Below, piece after piece: positions 17,503 through 26,731 of a stretch of 56,249 nt of DNA. The stretch spans positions 1-56,249 of the IMG/VR virus record IMGVR_UViG_3300031857_000228; one strand, given 5' to 3'. The notes beneath the pieces are model-generated. The model saw only the letters and a list, made by a program, of their open reading frames with translations, made no database searches and was not told the origin of the DNA. Position 1 is the stretch's first letter; the number at the start of each line of letters is the position of its first letter. The translations under genes and the position numbers were made by a program. Source of the stretch: a virus (Duplodnaviria > Caudoviricetes).

Positions 17503-19311
17503 GTGACCAAGAAAGCCTCCTCCACGCGCCCGTTCGTCGAGCGCATCATCACCAACCTCAAGACGCCGGACGGCAAGCCCAAGACGGTGGAGATGGGGCC
17601 GAAGACCCTCATCGTCGGACCGAACGGCAGCGGCAAGAGCGCCGTCCAGCAGAGCCTCCAGCTCGCCCTCATCGGCAGCGCCGACGACCTCGTCGGCCGG
17701 GACGGGGTCAAGGACAACGGCCTGCTGATGAGCATGGTGAGCGCCGAGCGTCTCTCCATCCACGCGCACACGAGCACGGGTGCCGACTACGTCTTCACGG
17801 CGAAGGACGGCGGTCGCCCGACGCATGACAGCGGCGGCGAGGCCCGGCTCCCGCTCCAGGAGGTCCGCGAAGTGCTGGAGGGCTCCCCGGCCACGGCGCG
17901 CAAGGCGTTCCTTGCGTGGGCCGCGACCGACGTCACGTCGGGCGACATCGAGGAGATGGTCCCCGCGGTCTACGCGGCGAAGTTCTCCGACATCAATCGG
18001 TCGGTGGGCCGTGGCAAGAACCCGGTCGACGCCCTTCTCGCCACCTTGGAGTACGTTGGCAAGCGCCAGCGGGACGCGACCAAGGAAGCGAGCGGCGCCG
18101 AGGCGCTGCTCACCTCGCTCACCAGTGACCTCGACGCCTGCCCGACCGAGGAGGACATCAACGGCGCGAAGTGGGTGACCGATATGCTCGGGCGCCGCGT
18201 GTCCGCCGTCCGTGAGGCGCAGCGTCGGGAGGAGGCGCTCCTCCTCAAGGCGCGCGACCTCGGCGAGAAGGCGAGGGCGGCCCGGCCCGCGGCTCCCGCG
18301 CCGAACACCTTCGAGCAGAAGTTCTACTCGTCGATGGCATACGCGGCGAGCTTCGCCGTCGAGCGTGGCGTTGAGAGCTGCCCGCTCTGCTCCAGCGCAG
18401 TGGGCAAGGCGCACATCGAGATGTGCGGTCAGTTCTACCAGCAGCAGGCTCAGGCGATGGCGATGCCGACGCCCCCGAGCGTCGATCCCGCCGCGATTCA
18501 GGCGCAGCTCTCTGAGATCATGGGCGAGCTGGAGTCGCTCAAGGAGATGGTGTCGCTCGACCTCAAGGCCCTCGAAGTCGAGGCGCAGAACGCGCAGGAG
18601 GAGTACCTCCGGCTCCGCAACCTCGCCGACCGCTGGGCCAACCTCAAGAAGGCGCGCGACACGGCGTCCGAGATGGCCGTCGAGAGCGAGACCTACAAGG
18701 GCATGAAGAAGGAGCTGGAGGGCATCGTCGCCGATCTGCTCAAGCGGGTGGCCGACACCTTCGTCGCCGCGGTGCAGGCGCACCTCCCCGCCGACTGGAA
18801 GTTCGGGATGCAGCTGACCGACGGGGACAAGGAGGTCTTCCGGCTGGGCCTCTACACCGGCAAGAAGCTCCGCGCCGCGCTCTCAGGTGCGGAGTGGGCG
18901 ACGGTGTCGTGCGCCATCGCGATGGCGATCAGCGCGGGCGCGCCGTCCGGCCAGCCGATTCTCGTAATGCCAGAGGACCGTGGCTGGGACGCGGCCACGC
19001 TCTCCGGGGTCCTCGCGGCCTGGAGCCAGTTCTCCGGGCAGGTCGTCATCGGCACGACGACGAAGCCGAAGAAGGTGCCGTCGAGCTGGACCGTCATCGA
19101 CCTCGGCAAGGCCGAAACCGAGGCCGTCGGGGCCCCGGTGGCCGAAACCCCCGAGGTCGTGCCCGCCCCGACGACGAAGCTCTTCGTGCCGAGCCCGTCG
19201 ATGCGCGCCATGCTCCAGGCGCTCGGCTACTCGGACGGGCAGATCCTCGCGCTCGACCGCGAGAAGGCCGCCCACATTATCGCCAACGGCGTCGCCGCGG
19301 AGGTGAAGTGA
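17503..19311 (+). CDS. Rad50/SbcC-like SMC-type ABC ATPase
   Basis: GPNGSGKS Walker A, coiled coils with a central CPLC hook, LSGAE signature and ILVMPED Walker B-like segment. Confidence 0.8.
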   Translation: MTKKASSTRPFVERIITNLKTPDGKPKTVEMGPKTLIVGPNGSGKSAVQQSLQLALIGSADDLVGRDGVKDNGLLMSMVSAERLSIHAHTSTGADYVFTAKDGGRPTHDSGGEARLPLQEVREVLEGSPATARKAFLAWAATDVTSGDIEEMVPAVYAAKFSDINRSVGRGKNPVDALLATLEYVGKRQRDATKEASGAEALLTSLTSDLDACPTEEDINGAKWVTDMLGRRVSAVREAQRREEALLLKARDLGEKARAARPAAPAPNTFEQKFYSSMAYAASFAVERGVESCPLCSSAVGKAHIEMCGQFYQQQAQAMAMPTPPSVDPAAIQAQLSEIMGELESLKEMVSLDLKALEVEAQNAQEEYLRLRNLADRWANLKKARDTASEMAVESETYKGMKKELEGIVADLLKRVADTFVAAVQAHLPADWKFGMQLTDGDKEVFRLGLYTGKKLRAALSGAEWATVSCAIAMAISAGAPSGQPILVMPEDRGWDAATLSGVLAAWSQFSGQVVIGTTTKPKKVPSSWTVIDLGKAETEAVGAPVAETPEVVPAPTTKLFVPSPSMRAMLQALGYSDGQILALDREKAAHIIANGVAAEVK

Positions 19312-19595
19312 TGCGCGCCCCGTGGACGCAGGACGACGTCGCGCAGTGTGAGGACGACTCCGCTCTCCTCGTCGAGCAGATCCGCGAGACGCTCGGCGAC
19401 AACGAGTACTTCGACTGGCTGGAGAACGGGAACGCGCACACCTTCTCCCCGGATACCGCGAAGGCAATCCTCTTGACGCTGCGCGCTGCGCGCGAGGAGC
19501 GCATCGCGGAGGCCCAGATCGCGCTTCGTCGGCTCGACAAGATGCTGACGGAGATGCAGGGAGAGATCCTCTACCACCTCGGCGAAGAGGAGTAG
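19311..19595 (+). CDS. Hypothetical protein
   Basis: TGATG coupling and GGAGG RBS; MRAPWTQDD... Confidence 0.65.
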   Translation: MRAPWTQDDVAQCEDDSALLVEQIRETLGDNEYFDWLENGNAHTFSPDTAKAILLTLRAAREERIAEAQIALRRLDKMLTEMQGEILYHLGEEE

Positions 19596-19598
19596 GCG

Positions 19599-20336
19599 AT
19601 GACAACCGCAGGGAAGTCTTGGTCCTTCGAGAAGATCGCGTCGGTTCAGGCGGCCCTGCGGTCGCGCCCCCTCTCCGCTGTCGCGGCGGAGATGGGGTGC
19701 TCGCCGGCGAACCTGCGCCGGCGGCTGGCCGTCGCGGACGACTCCTCCGGCAAGCAGGTCTACGAGCTTCGGCTCGCCGGGATGGAGTTCCGCGACATCG
19801 CCGTCGAGCTGGGCCTCCCGGTCGAACCCGCGACGGCGCGCCGGCTCTATATGCGCCTCGTGCGCTACTGCGAGCGGGCGGGCGTCGAGTACCCCCAGCC
19901 GCCAAAGCCGGCGACCAGCCCGCGCTCCTGGTTCAAGGAGTCGGACCTTCGCCGCATCGTCGCGCTGCTCGAAGAACGCGCAGCCCGGCTTGAGGCCACC
20001 GATAACTGGTGCATCTCGTTTACGCTATCCCTTTCTCTGAGAGAAGTGAAGACGGGAATCGCGGAGCTTCGACGCCGAGGAATCATCGCTTCTGGCATCG
20101 TGCCGACGACGGCCGGCGTCGAAGAAGCCACGCTCCGCCAGAACTCCGCGACCGCGATGGACCGCGTGCTGTGTGCGATCGTCGAGGCGCGGAAGCGCAA
20201 CGAGGATGAATCGCTCGCCACTCTGTGCGATAAGCTTCCCTTCAGCAGATCTACCATCAACCTGTCCATCGTCCGGCTTCGCGACGACGGCTACCTCTTG
20301 CGGCGCGGCCATCTCGCGCTTCGGAACGCACGATGA
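19599..20336 (+). CDS. Multi-HTH DNA-binding protein
   Basis: Several HTH-like segments: LSAVAAEMGCSPANLRRRL, FRDIAVELG and LATLCDKLPFSRSTINLSIVRL. Confidence 0.65.
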   Translation: MTTAGKSWSFEKIASVQAALRSRPLSAVAAEMGCSPANLRRRLAVADDSSGKQVYELRLAGMEFRDIAVELGLPVEPATARRLYMRLVRYCERAGVEYPQPPKPATSPRSWFKESDLRRIVALLEERAARLEATDNWCISFTLSLSLREVKTGIAELRRRGIIASGIVPTTAGVEEATLRQNSATAMDRVLCAIVEARKRNEDESLATLCDKLPFSRSTINLSIVRLRDDGYLLRRGHLALRNAR

Positions 20337-22480
20337 ACGACGAAGAACTCACCGAGCCCTCGGCCGCCGAAGAGAAGCCCGACACCGTGTCGAGCGGTCT
20401 CGACCTGCTGCGGGTCCTCCAGAACCAGCTCGCCTCGACGGAGAAGTCGAACCACCTCGCCGCATGGGGCGCCATCCAGCGGGCCGAGGCCCTCTCGGAC
20501 ATCGCGGATGCCTGGGTGGCTGACGAAGCCCAGGTGTCGAGTATGCTGGCCGTCATCGAGATGACCCCCGGACAGGTCACGCGGACGCGCGCGCTTCGCG
20601 CTGCGTTGAAGCGGCTCGTCGTCGAAAAGCGGCGCGCCTCGCTCGACCGTGTTATCGGTGTCGTGCAAGACAACACGCTCATCTCTCTCAGCACTGCGCT
20701 GGGGGCAGGTGCGCCGCCGCCTGCCTTGGTGGAGCCGGGACACCTCGACTCGTTCCGGGTGCCGCGCGGGTACATGATTGACCCGACCGGCGTCTTCAAG
20801 ATGTCCGTGCAGGCCGACGGCACGAGCAGCAGTCAGCGTGTGGCGACGGCGCCCATCTTCATCGTGGGCCGGACGCACGACGTTCTGCTCGGCACGGCGA
20901 AGCGCATCATCGTGTGGCGCACGCCGGCGGGCTGGACGATGCGCGCGGTGGACCGCGGGGTCGTGCTCAACAGCCAGAAGCTCATCGGGCTGGCGGACAT
21001 TGAGGTGCCGGTCACCTCGAACACCGCGGGCGCGCTCGTCGAGTGGCTCGCCGAGTTCGAGGCGGAGAATATGCACCGGTTCAACGCCTCTCAGGCGGCC
21101 AGCCGGATGGGCTGGATCCAGCAGGGCGCGGTGCGCGGGTTCCTCTTGCCCGAGGTCTTCTACACCATGTCGTCCGGGCTGGAGGACGTCGGCGTCGAGC
21201 TGACCCCGCCGCTCGGGATGGAGAGCGTCCTGGAGGGCTGGAAGCCCGCCGGATCGTGGGAGGAGTGGATTGAGGCGATGGAGCTGATGAAGCCCTTCAC
21301 CCCGATGTGGCTTGCGCTCTACGCTTCGGCTGCGGCTCCGTTCCTGGAGATCTTCGGGGCTCCGTCCTTCGTCGTGGACTTCAACGGCGAGACGTCGAGC
21401 GGCAAGACGACGGCGCTCCGGGTCGGCGCCTCGGTGTGGGGCCGCCCGTCGGACAACACGCCGACGGCGATGTACTCGTGGGACTCCACGAAGGTCTTCA
21501 TCGAGCGGCTGTGCGGGCTCCTCTGCAACCTGCCCGTCATCCTCGACGAGACGAAGCGCGCCAAGGATCCCAAGATCGTGCGGGATGTCGTCTACGACTT
21601 CGCCAACGGACAGGGCCGCGGACGCGGAGCCCCCGACGGAACGCGCCAGACGGCGTCCTGGCGCACGATCATGCTCACCTCGGGTGAGTCCGCGGCCACC
21701 TCGTTCTCGCAGGATGGCGGCACCCGTGCGCGCGTCCTGTCGCTGATGGGCAAACCGATGGGCACCGACATGGCAGTCGGCGGTCCGGCCGCCGAGGAGC
21801 TGACGTCCCTCATCGCGCACAACTACGGGCACCTCGGCCGGAAGGTCGTGGCGTACATCATCAGCGTCGCGGACCAGCACGACGAGCTGCGGCGCGTGTG
21901 GAAGGAGACGAAGGACCAGTACGCGGCGTTCGCGCGGACCGCGGTGTCTCGCCGGCACGCCGGCAACCTCGCCACGCTCCACGTCGTCTCGACGATCATC
22001 CATCACCTCGGCGTGCCGATGCCCTCCGACGACCCGATGGCGTTCGCGCTCGAAGCGCTGCATCGGCTGGAGGTCGAGCGCGACCGGCCGCACGCTGCGT
22101 TCATCGAGACGGTGTCGTGGTGCAGCGCGAACCAGAACCGCTTCTGGGGCCGGCACGAGTCGCGTGGCGACTCGCTCGCCATCCCGGCGCGTGGCTGGGC
22201 CGGCGCGTGGGAGAACAGCGACGACTGGAAGCACATCTCCATCCTGCCGTCGGTGCTTCGCGAGGTCGTCGAGGCGCAGGGGTTCCAGGTCGACGAGATC
22301 GTGGACCGGTGGACGGAGCGTGGCTGGATCATCTCGACGGAGCGTGTCGGCGCCGCGGAGGGCAAGGTCTCCCGCAGCCGGACGACCGTGTCGCGCATCA
22401 ACGGGGCGCCGATGCGGGTCTACCAGATCTCCCGTGCTGCTGTGGAGAACCATGTCCTCGACGCTACCATCGAGATCTAA
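20333..22480 (+). CDS. DUF927/Cch-like replicative helicase with no primase domain
   Basis: SRMGW, GETSSGKTT, PVILDE, YDFANGQGRGR, W..IMLTSGE and NYGHLG are characteristic DUF927 motifs. Confidence 0.85.
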   Translation: MNDEELTEPSAAEEKPDTVSSGLDLLRVLQNQLASTEKSNHLAAWGAIQRAEALSDIADAWVADEAQVSSMLAVIEMTPGQVTRTRALRAALKRLVVEKRRASLDRVIGVVQDNTLISLSTALGAGAPPPALVEPGHLDSFRVPRGYMIDPTGVFKMSVQADGTSSSQRVATAPIFIVGRTHDVLLGTAKRIIVWRTPAGWTMRAVDRGVVLNSQKLIGLADIEVPVTSNTAGALVEWLAEFEAENMHRFNASQAASRMGWIQQGAVRGFLLPEVFYTMSSGLEDVGVELTPPLGMESVLEGWKPAGSWEEWIEAMELMKPFTPMWLALYASAAAPFLEIFGAPSFVVDFNGETSSGKTTALRVGASVWGRPSDNTPTAMYSWDSTKVFIERLCGLLCNLPVILDETKRAKDPKIVRDVVYDFANGQGRGRGAPDGTRQTASWRTIMLTSGESAATSFSQDGGTRARVLSLMGKPMGTDMAVGGPAAEELTSLIAHNYGHLGRKVVAYIISVADQHDELRRVWKETKDQYAAFARTAVSRRHAGNLATLHVVSTIIHHLGVPMPSDDPMAFALEALHRLEVERDRPHAAFIETVSWCSANQNRFWGRHESRGDSLAIPARGWAGAWENSDDWKHISILPSVLREVVEAQGFQVDEIVDRWTERGWIISTERVGAAEGKVSRSRTTVSRINGAPMRVYQISRAAVENHVLDATIEI

Positions 22481-22958
22481 GCTCCCGCCGAACGCCGAGG
22501 TCACCGGCATCGGCAAGCGGTCCGCCGACTTGGCGCTCTTCTGGTCGCGCTCTCCACGCGACGCCTTGGCGACGCTCTCGGGGCTCGTCCTGTTGCGCCG
22601 CCCCGTGACAGTGCGGCTCGTCGATGAGGCGGTTGCGCTCCTCCAGGCCTTCGACTCCGAGGGGGCCCGGCGGCTCGCCGACCGGCTTGAGAGCCGGACG
22701 CTGGACCGGACGGACGAGGCGCCGCCCTGGTACATCGTGGCGCTGCCCGAGCGGGTCGTCCGTCGACAGAGCGGCAAGCGCTACCCGTGCGCCTACCTCA
22801 TCGAGCCGACGACGAAGCTCCAGTGCCACAACGAGGGGCAGTTCGTCGTGCCGGGGGCACGCGGCACGTTCTGCGCGCTCCACGCCCACCGGACGGTCAG
22901 TCGCATCGAGCGCAAGGTCCGCCGGACGGCCCGCCGGAGAGGCACACCGCAGACTTGA
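22452..22958 (+). CDS. Hypothetical protein with C-terminal C..C..CxxH Zn-binding motif
   Basis: GGAG RBS and ATG at 22452; YPC...LQC...FCALH. Confidence 0.6.
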   Translation: MSSTLPSRSKLPPNAEVTGIGKRSADLALFWSRSPRDALATLSGLVLLRRPVTVRLVDEAVALLQAFDSEGARRLADRLESRTLDRTDEAPPWYIVALPERVVRRQSGKRYPCAYLIEPTTKLQCHNEGQFVVPGARGTFCALHAHRTVSRIERKVRRTARRRGTPQT

Positions 22959-22990
22959 CGCTGCGGTTATGATGGGTGAGGGAGATTCAC

Positions 22991-23566
22991 ATGACTGAAT
23001 CCGACTCCACTCGCGTCGTCGTGTCGAAGCTGCCGGGCCTGGACACCGGCCTCGCGCCATCCTTCTCCCCGCCGGCCCCGATGGCGCGCTCCACGCGCGT
23101 CGAGGCCGCCGCGGAGGCGGAGGTCGTCGAGATGCTGGCGGAGCAGACGCGCTTCGCCGGCGACCCGGAGTCGCGCGCCGTGGCGGTCCAGCTTCTGAAC
23201 GCCGGCTACACCGTCCGCGAGGTCTCCCGCCGGCTGCGCCTCCGGCCGCACATCGTGTGGGCCTGGGCGGAGGAGCCGGCCATCAAGGGGGCCATCGAGC
23301 GCGGGCGCGAGCTGCGCCGCCGGAGCCTCGGGCAGGAGCTGGAGGACGCCGCGAACGAGGCCATCGGCACGCTCGTCGTGCTGATGCAGGACGAGGCGAC
23401 GACCCCGAAGGACCGGCTCAAGGCGGCCGAGCTGATCCTCGATCGATGCGGCCTCGTCGAGGTCGCGACGAAGTCGTCGGCAACCCAGGAGACCGCCATC
23501 AAGGTCGACATCGACTTCGACGAGCGGCTCGCGCGTATCGTCGCTGCGAACCGCTCGTCCGGGTGA
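22991..23566 (+). CDS. Terminase small subunit-like HTH protein
   Basis: GGAG RBS; HTH TVREVSRRLRLRPHIVWAW followed by AIGTLVVLM...RLKAAELILDRCG, a pattern typical of TerS-like proteins. Confidence 0.55.
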   Translation: MTESDSTRVVVSKLPGLDTGLAPSFSPPAPMARSTRVEAAAEAEVVEMLAEQTRFAGDPESRAVAVQLLNAGYTVREVSRRLRLRPHIVWAWAEEPAIKGAIERGRELRRRSLGQELEDAANEAIGTLVVLMQDEATTPKDRLKAAELILDRCGLVEVATKSSATQETAIKVDIDFDERLARIVAANRSSG

Positions 23567-23568
23567 GC

Positions 23569-24000
23569 CTACCCGTAGTGGACGTCGAAGCCGTTGTCGA
23601 TCGCGTAGGCGAACAGCTGCATCAACCGCTGCTGGGCAGAGGACAGGCGCTCCTCGGAGAGGCCGAGGTCGACGACCCGGCATCCCTGCGGTCCGACGGA
23701 GACGGACGCCGGCGTCGCGGCCGCCGCAGTCTGGCCCGTCGCCAGCGTGCGCATGGCTCCCCGAATGAGGCCCGGCAGCTCGGCGTGGCGGATGCGGCCG
23801 CCGAGCGCGCCGTCGTGGTCATCGAGGCCGAGCATGGCGAGCTGGAGCGCGGCGTGGCCGTTGGCGAGGTTCACCTCGGGCGCGGAGGACACCTCGTCGT
23901 AGCCCTGGCAGTACGGGTCGCAGCGCTTCCCCTCGGCCTCGCAGTACGAGCACGGCACGCGCGTCGTCGGGGCATCGGGACACCAGAACGTGACGCTCAT
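23569..24000 (-). CDS. Hypothetical protein with Zn finger
   Basis: TGATG coupling to the MTase; CSYC...CDPYCQG. Confidence 0.7.
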   Translation of the reverse strand: MSVTFWCPDAPTTRVPCSYCEAEGKRCDPYCQGYDEVSSAPEVNLANGHAALQLAMLGLDDHDGALGGRIRHAELPGLIRGAMRTLATGQTAAAATPASVSVGPQGCRVVDLGLSEERLSSAQQRLMQLFAYAIDNGFDVHYG

Positions 24001-24857
24001 CAGCACATCTCCGCGGCATCGGCGAGCCGCTTCCGCGCGAGCGCGGCGTATTCGGGGTTGAGGTCGATGTAGATGCTGCTCCGCTTGTGTTTCCTGGACA
24101 CGAGCGCGGTCGTTCCCGCGCCGCCGAAGGGGTCGAGCACGATGTCGCCGGGCCTCGACCCGGCAAGGATGCAGGGCTCAATCAGACCGGGAGGGAACGT
24201 AGCGAAGTGCGCCTCCCTGAACGGAGCGGACGCGACGGTCCAGACAGACCGGCGGTTGCGCGTCTCCCACACGACATCAGCGGCGGCGAGCAGGCCGGCT
24301 TTCGTACGATGCTCTTCCGTGGTGCCGTCCTCGTACGCCTTCGTGTACTTGTGACTGCGGTTGCCTGTCGTGCGGCCACTGGCCGGTTCCTTCAGCGCCT
24401 TCGAGTCGAAGTAGTACCGCTCCGACTTCGTCAACAGGAAGAGGTACTCGTGCGCCTTCGTGCATCGATCGCGCACGCTCTCCGGCATCGGGTTCGGCTT
24501 GTGCCAGATGATGTCCTGCCGGAGATGCCAGCCGTCGGCCTGAAGCGCAAACGCGACGCGCCACGGGACGCCGAGCAACGACTTCCCCTCGCCGTAGCTG
24601 TCTCCGAGATTCAGCCAGAGCGTGCCGTCGTCTCGCAGCACGCGACGAACCTCGCGGAACACCTCGACCAGCGCGGCCACGAAGGCGTCGAGGGTTGCTT
24701 CCTTCCCGATCTGCCCCGACATTCCGTAGTCCCGCAGCCTGAAGTAGGGCGGCGAAGTGACGACGCACTGCACGGAGCTTTCGGAGAGCCGCTGCAACTG
24801 CTCGCGCGCATCGCCCTCCAACATCAGGGTCATCGCTTCGTCGATGGACATCATCAT
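24000..24857 (-). CDS. Beta-class N4-cytosine/N6-adenine DNA methyltransferase
   Basis: VTSPPY, WLNLGDSY, IIWHKPNPMPES, HFATFP and VLDPFGGAGTT motifs. Confidence 0.93.
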   Translation of the reverse strand: MMMSIDEAMTLMLEGDAREQLQRLSESSVQCVVTSPPYFRLRDYGMSGQIGKEATLDAFVAALVEVFREVRRVLRDDGTLWLNLGDSYGEGKSLLGVPWRVAFALQADGWHLRQDIIWHKPNPMPESVRDRCTKAHEYLFLLTKSERYYFDSKALKEPASGRTTGNRSHKYTKAYEDGTTEEHRTKAGLLAAADVVWETRNRRSVWTVASAPFREAHFATFPPGLIEPCILAGSRPGDIVLDPFGGAGTTALVSRKHKRSSIYIDLNPEYAALARKRLADAAEMC

Positions 24858-25057
24858 GCTGCACCCCCGCTGAACACCGCTTCTCCCAGCAACGTCTTTC
24901 GCATCTGCACCCATCCCTTGAAGTTCCCGATCCGTGAAGGATGCCGATGCGGCGTCGCGACGTGCTTCCGCGCCGCCCGCGCGACGGCCGCGCGTTCGGA
25001 TGGGGTGAGGCGGATGGTGAAGATGGCGGTCCGCTCGTCAGGAACACGGCGCCGCAT
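24854..25057 (-). CDS. Small ribbon-helix-helix-like DNA-binding protein
   Basis: FTIRLTPSERAAVARAA; ATGA overlap with the MTase. Confidence 0.5.
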   Translation of the reverse strand: MRRRVPDERTAIFTIRLTPSERAAVARAARKHVATPHRHPSRIGNFKGWVQMRKTLLGEAVFSGGAA

Positions 25058-25059
25058 CG

Positions 25060-25500
25060 TCAGACCACGTCCATGTGAGGCGAGTCATCGACGAGCGCCC
25101 AGTCGAAGGACTGCCAGTTGCGCGCCGCGGGGTCGTGGAGCGCCGTGGAGAGCCAGCCGACCGCGAGGTCGAGGGACTCGCCGGCCGCGACCATATCGCC
25201 GCTCTGCGCGCGTTCCTCGCACAGCTCGGCGCGGTTCATCTCGCCGATGGGGACGCAGACGTCCACGACCGCGGAGACGCGGATCCAGGCCGTCTCCCGC
25301 CGGGCGCGGCGCGAAACGCAGCGGACACCGTCCACGGCATCCGCCATCGCCCGCAGCGTGGCCGCGAGGGCGGCCTCCTCGGTCGGCCCCGACCTGGACA
25401 CGGTGAGCCCGTGCCCGAAGCTCGGCATCGCGAGCGTGGCGACGGCGCGCGTGTCCGTCGTCGTGATCTTGAGGTTCGTCATGTGCGGGGTGCGGGACAT
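25060..25500 (-). CDS. Hypothetical protein
   Basis: GGAGG RBS; 146 aa within a packed operon. Confidence 0.65.
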   Translation of the reverse strand: MSRTPHMTNLKITTTDTRAVATLAMPSFGHGLTVSRSGPTEEAALAATLRAMADAVDGVRCVSRRARRETAWIRVSAVVDVCVPIGEMNRAELCEERAQSGDMVAAGESLDLAVGWLSTALHDPAARNWQSFDWALVDDSPHMDVV

Positions 25501-25616
25501 CAGTCCTCCCAGTGGCTGCTGCTTGCGCGCGGCCCGATGAACAACAGCACGGCGAGGAATAGGTAGGTCGCCCCCAGAATGGCGGGGCAGGCGAGACCGA
25601 GGAGCGCCTCACCCAC
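25500..25616 (-). CDS. 38-aa single-TM protein (absent from the ORF track)
   Basis: GAGGTG RBS and GTG at 25616: MGEALLGLACPAILGATYLFLAVLLFIGPRASSSHWED; TGATG coupling to the next gene. Confidence 0.6.
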   Translation of the reverse strand: MGEALLGLACPAILGATYLFLAVLLFIGPRASSSHWED

Positions 25617-25869
25617 GGTTCACCTCGGCGAGCTGCTCGGGGACGATGCGCGGGCCGCGCTCGCGCTGGATGGCGAAGAGCTGCGCCATCACGAGCTGGC
25701 GCTCGGAGTAGAACAGCTTGTCCGCCATCTCCATCGCGCCCTGCAAGGCGCCGATGAAGTCGTTGCGGTCGTCGGTCGTGCGGGCGACCCGGAGGTAGGC
25801 GTAGGCCTTCTCCAGCGTCGAGCCGGTGCGGGTGCGAATGGCGGGGCGATACTTGGACACGGTTGACAT
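25609..25869 (-). CDS. Hypothetical protein
   Basis: GGAG RBS; MSTVSKYRP... Confidence 0.7.
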   Translation of the reverse strand: MSTVSKYRPAIRTRTGSTLEKAYAYLRVARTTDDRNDFIGALQGAMEMADKLFYSERQLVMAQLFAIQRERGPRIVPEQLAEVNRG

Positions 25870-25912
25870 GGTCGAGTCTCCACGTTAGGTTCGGGGACGA
25901 AGGGGGCCTCTG

Positions 25913-26242
25913 CTAAAGGGGCCGGGAAGCCTGGACGATAAGCTCGGCGAGCGTATCGACGTGCGTCTGGGCCTCTTCGATCGGGAAGCTGCGGGCGACG
26001 GGGGAGAGGCGGGGGCCCCTCGCGAACGTGGTGACCCGCGTGCGGTGGACCTCGTACTCAATCACGAGCACGGCGTCGAACTTCCCGGCCGGGAAGAAGA
26101 GGATCTGCCCGCAGTCGCGGGCGTTCCCGTCGTGAGCGACCTGGAGGTTGACCTCTTCGGCCACGCCGGCGAGGGTGATGACGATGCGTTCAAACGGGGC
26201 GATGAACATTGCGGTCTCCTGTGACTGGCTGCGGATATGCAT
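25913..26242 (-). CDS. Hypothetical protein with two candidate starts
   Basis: CAGGAGAC precedes both ATG 26242 and ATG 26209. Confidence 0.65.
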   Translation of the reverse strand: MHIRSQSQETAMFIAPFERIVITLAGVAEEVNLQVAHDGNARDCGQILFFPAGKFDAVLVIEYEVHRTRVTTFARGPRLSPVARSFPIEEAQTHVDTLAELIVQASRPL

Positions 26243-26267
26243 GGTTGTCTCCTGAAGGATCGATGGT

Positions 26268-26328
26268 CGAAGAAGCACCTGCCGCCCCGGAGGAGTCAGC
26301 ACACGCCCGAGGGACAGGCGCTTCTTCG
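26268..26328 (-). ncRNA. Intergenic RNA hairpin (processing site or antisense-type element)
   Basis: 14-bp outer stem plus an extension. The mismatches are G-U pairs on the minus strand, with one bulged C. 16-nt loop GCGUGUGCUGACUCCU. Confidence 0.45.
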
Positions 26329-26350
26329 GCCCTCGACGAGGGCGTGACTA

Positions 26351-26731
26351 TCAGTCGAGGATGCCGTAGAAGAGCCAGCTCACGGGCCGGCGCGGCGAGC
26401 CCGCGGCCTCCCATTGGCTCCGCCCGGCGGCGCTCAGCGCCCAGACCTGCCGCGACCGGCGGAGGATGGGGCCGCCCCGCTGGTACTCGGCGCGTTCGAC
26501 GACGCCGTAGTGCTCGCCGGCGCGGATGAGGCGCCCGCGGGCGTCGAGCCGGTCGCGCCGGCTCACCCGAATGAATCGCCGAGCGGTCGCTTCGCGGCAG
26601 TCGGTGCAGCCGGGGCACCCGCCCCGGCCGCCACCGCAGTCCTTCTCGGCGTCCTCGTCGGCGTAGTGCTTCCGATAGTAGGCGTCGCAGGGCGCGTCGC
26701 ACCGGCAGGCGGGCGCCGAGCACCGGCTCAC
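26351..26731 (-). CDS. Cys-rich hypothetical protein
   Basis: GTGA overlap; CSAPACRCDAPC...CGGGRGGCPGCTDC. Confidence 0.6.
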   Translation of the reverse strand: MSRCSAPACRCDAPCDAYYRKHYADEDAEKDCGGGRGGCPGCTDCREATARRFIRVSRRDRLDARGRLIRAGEHYGVVERAEYQRGGPILRRSRQVWALSAAGRSQWEAAGSPRRPVSWLFYGILD

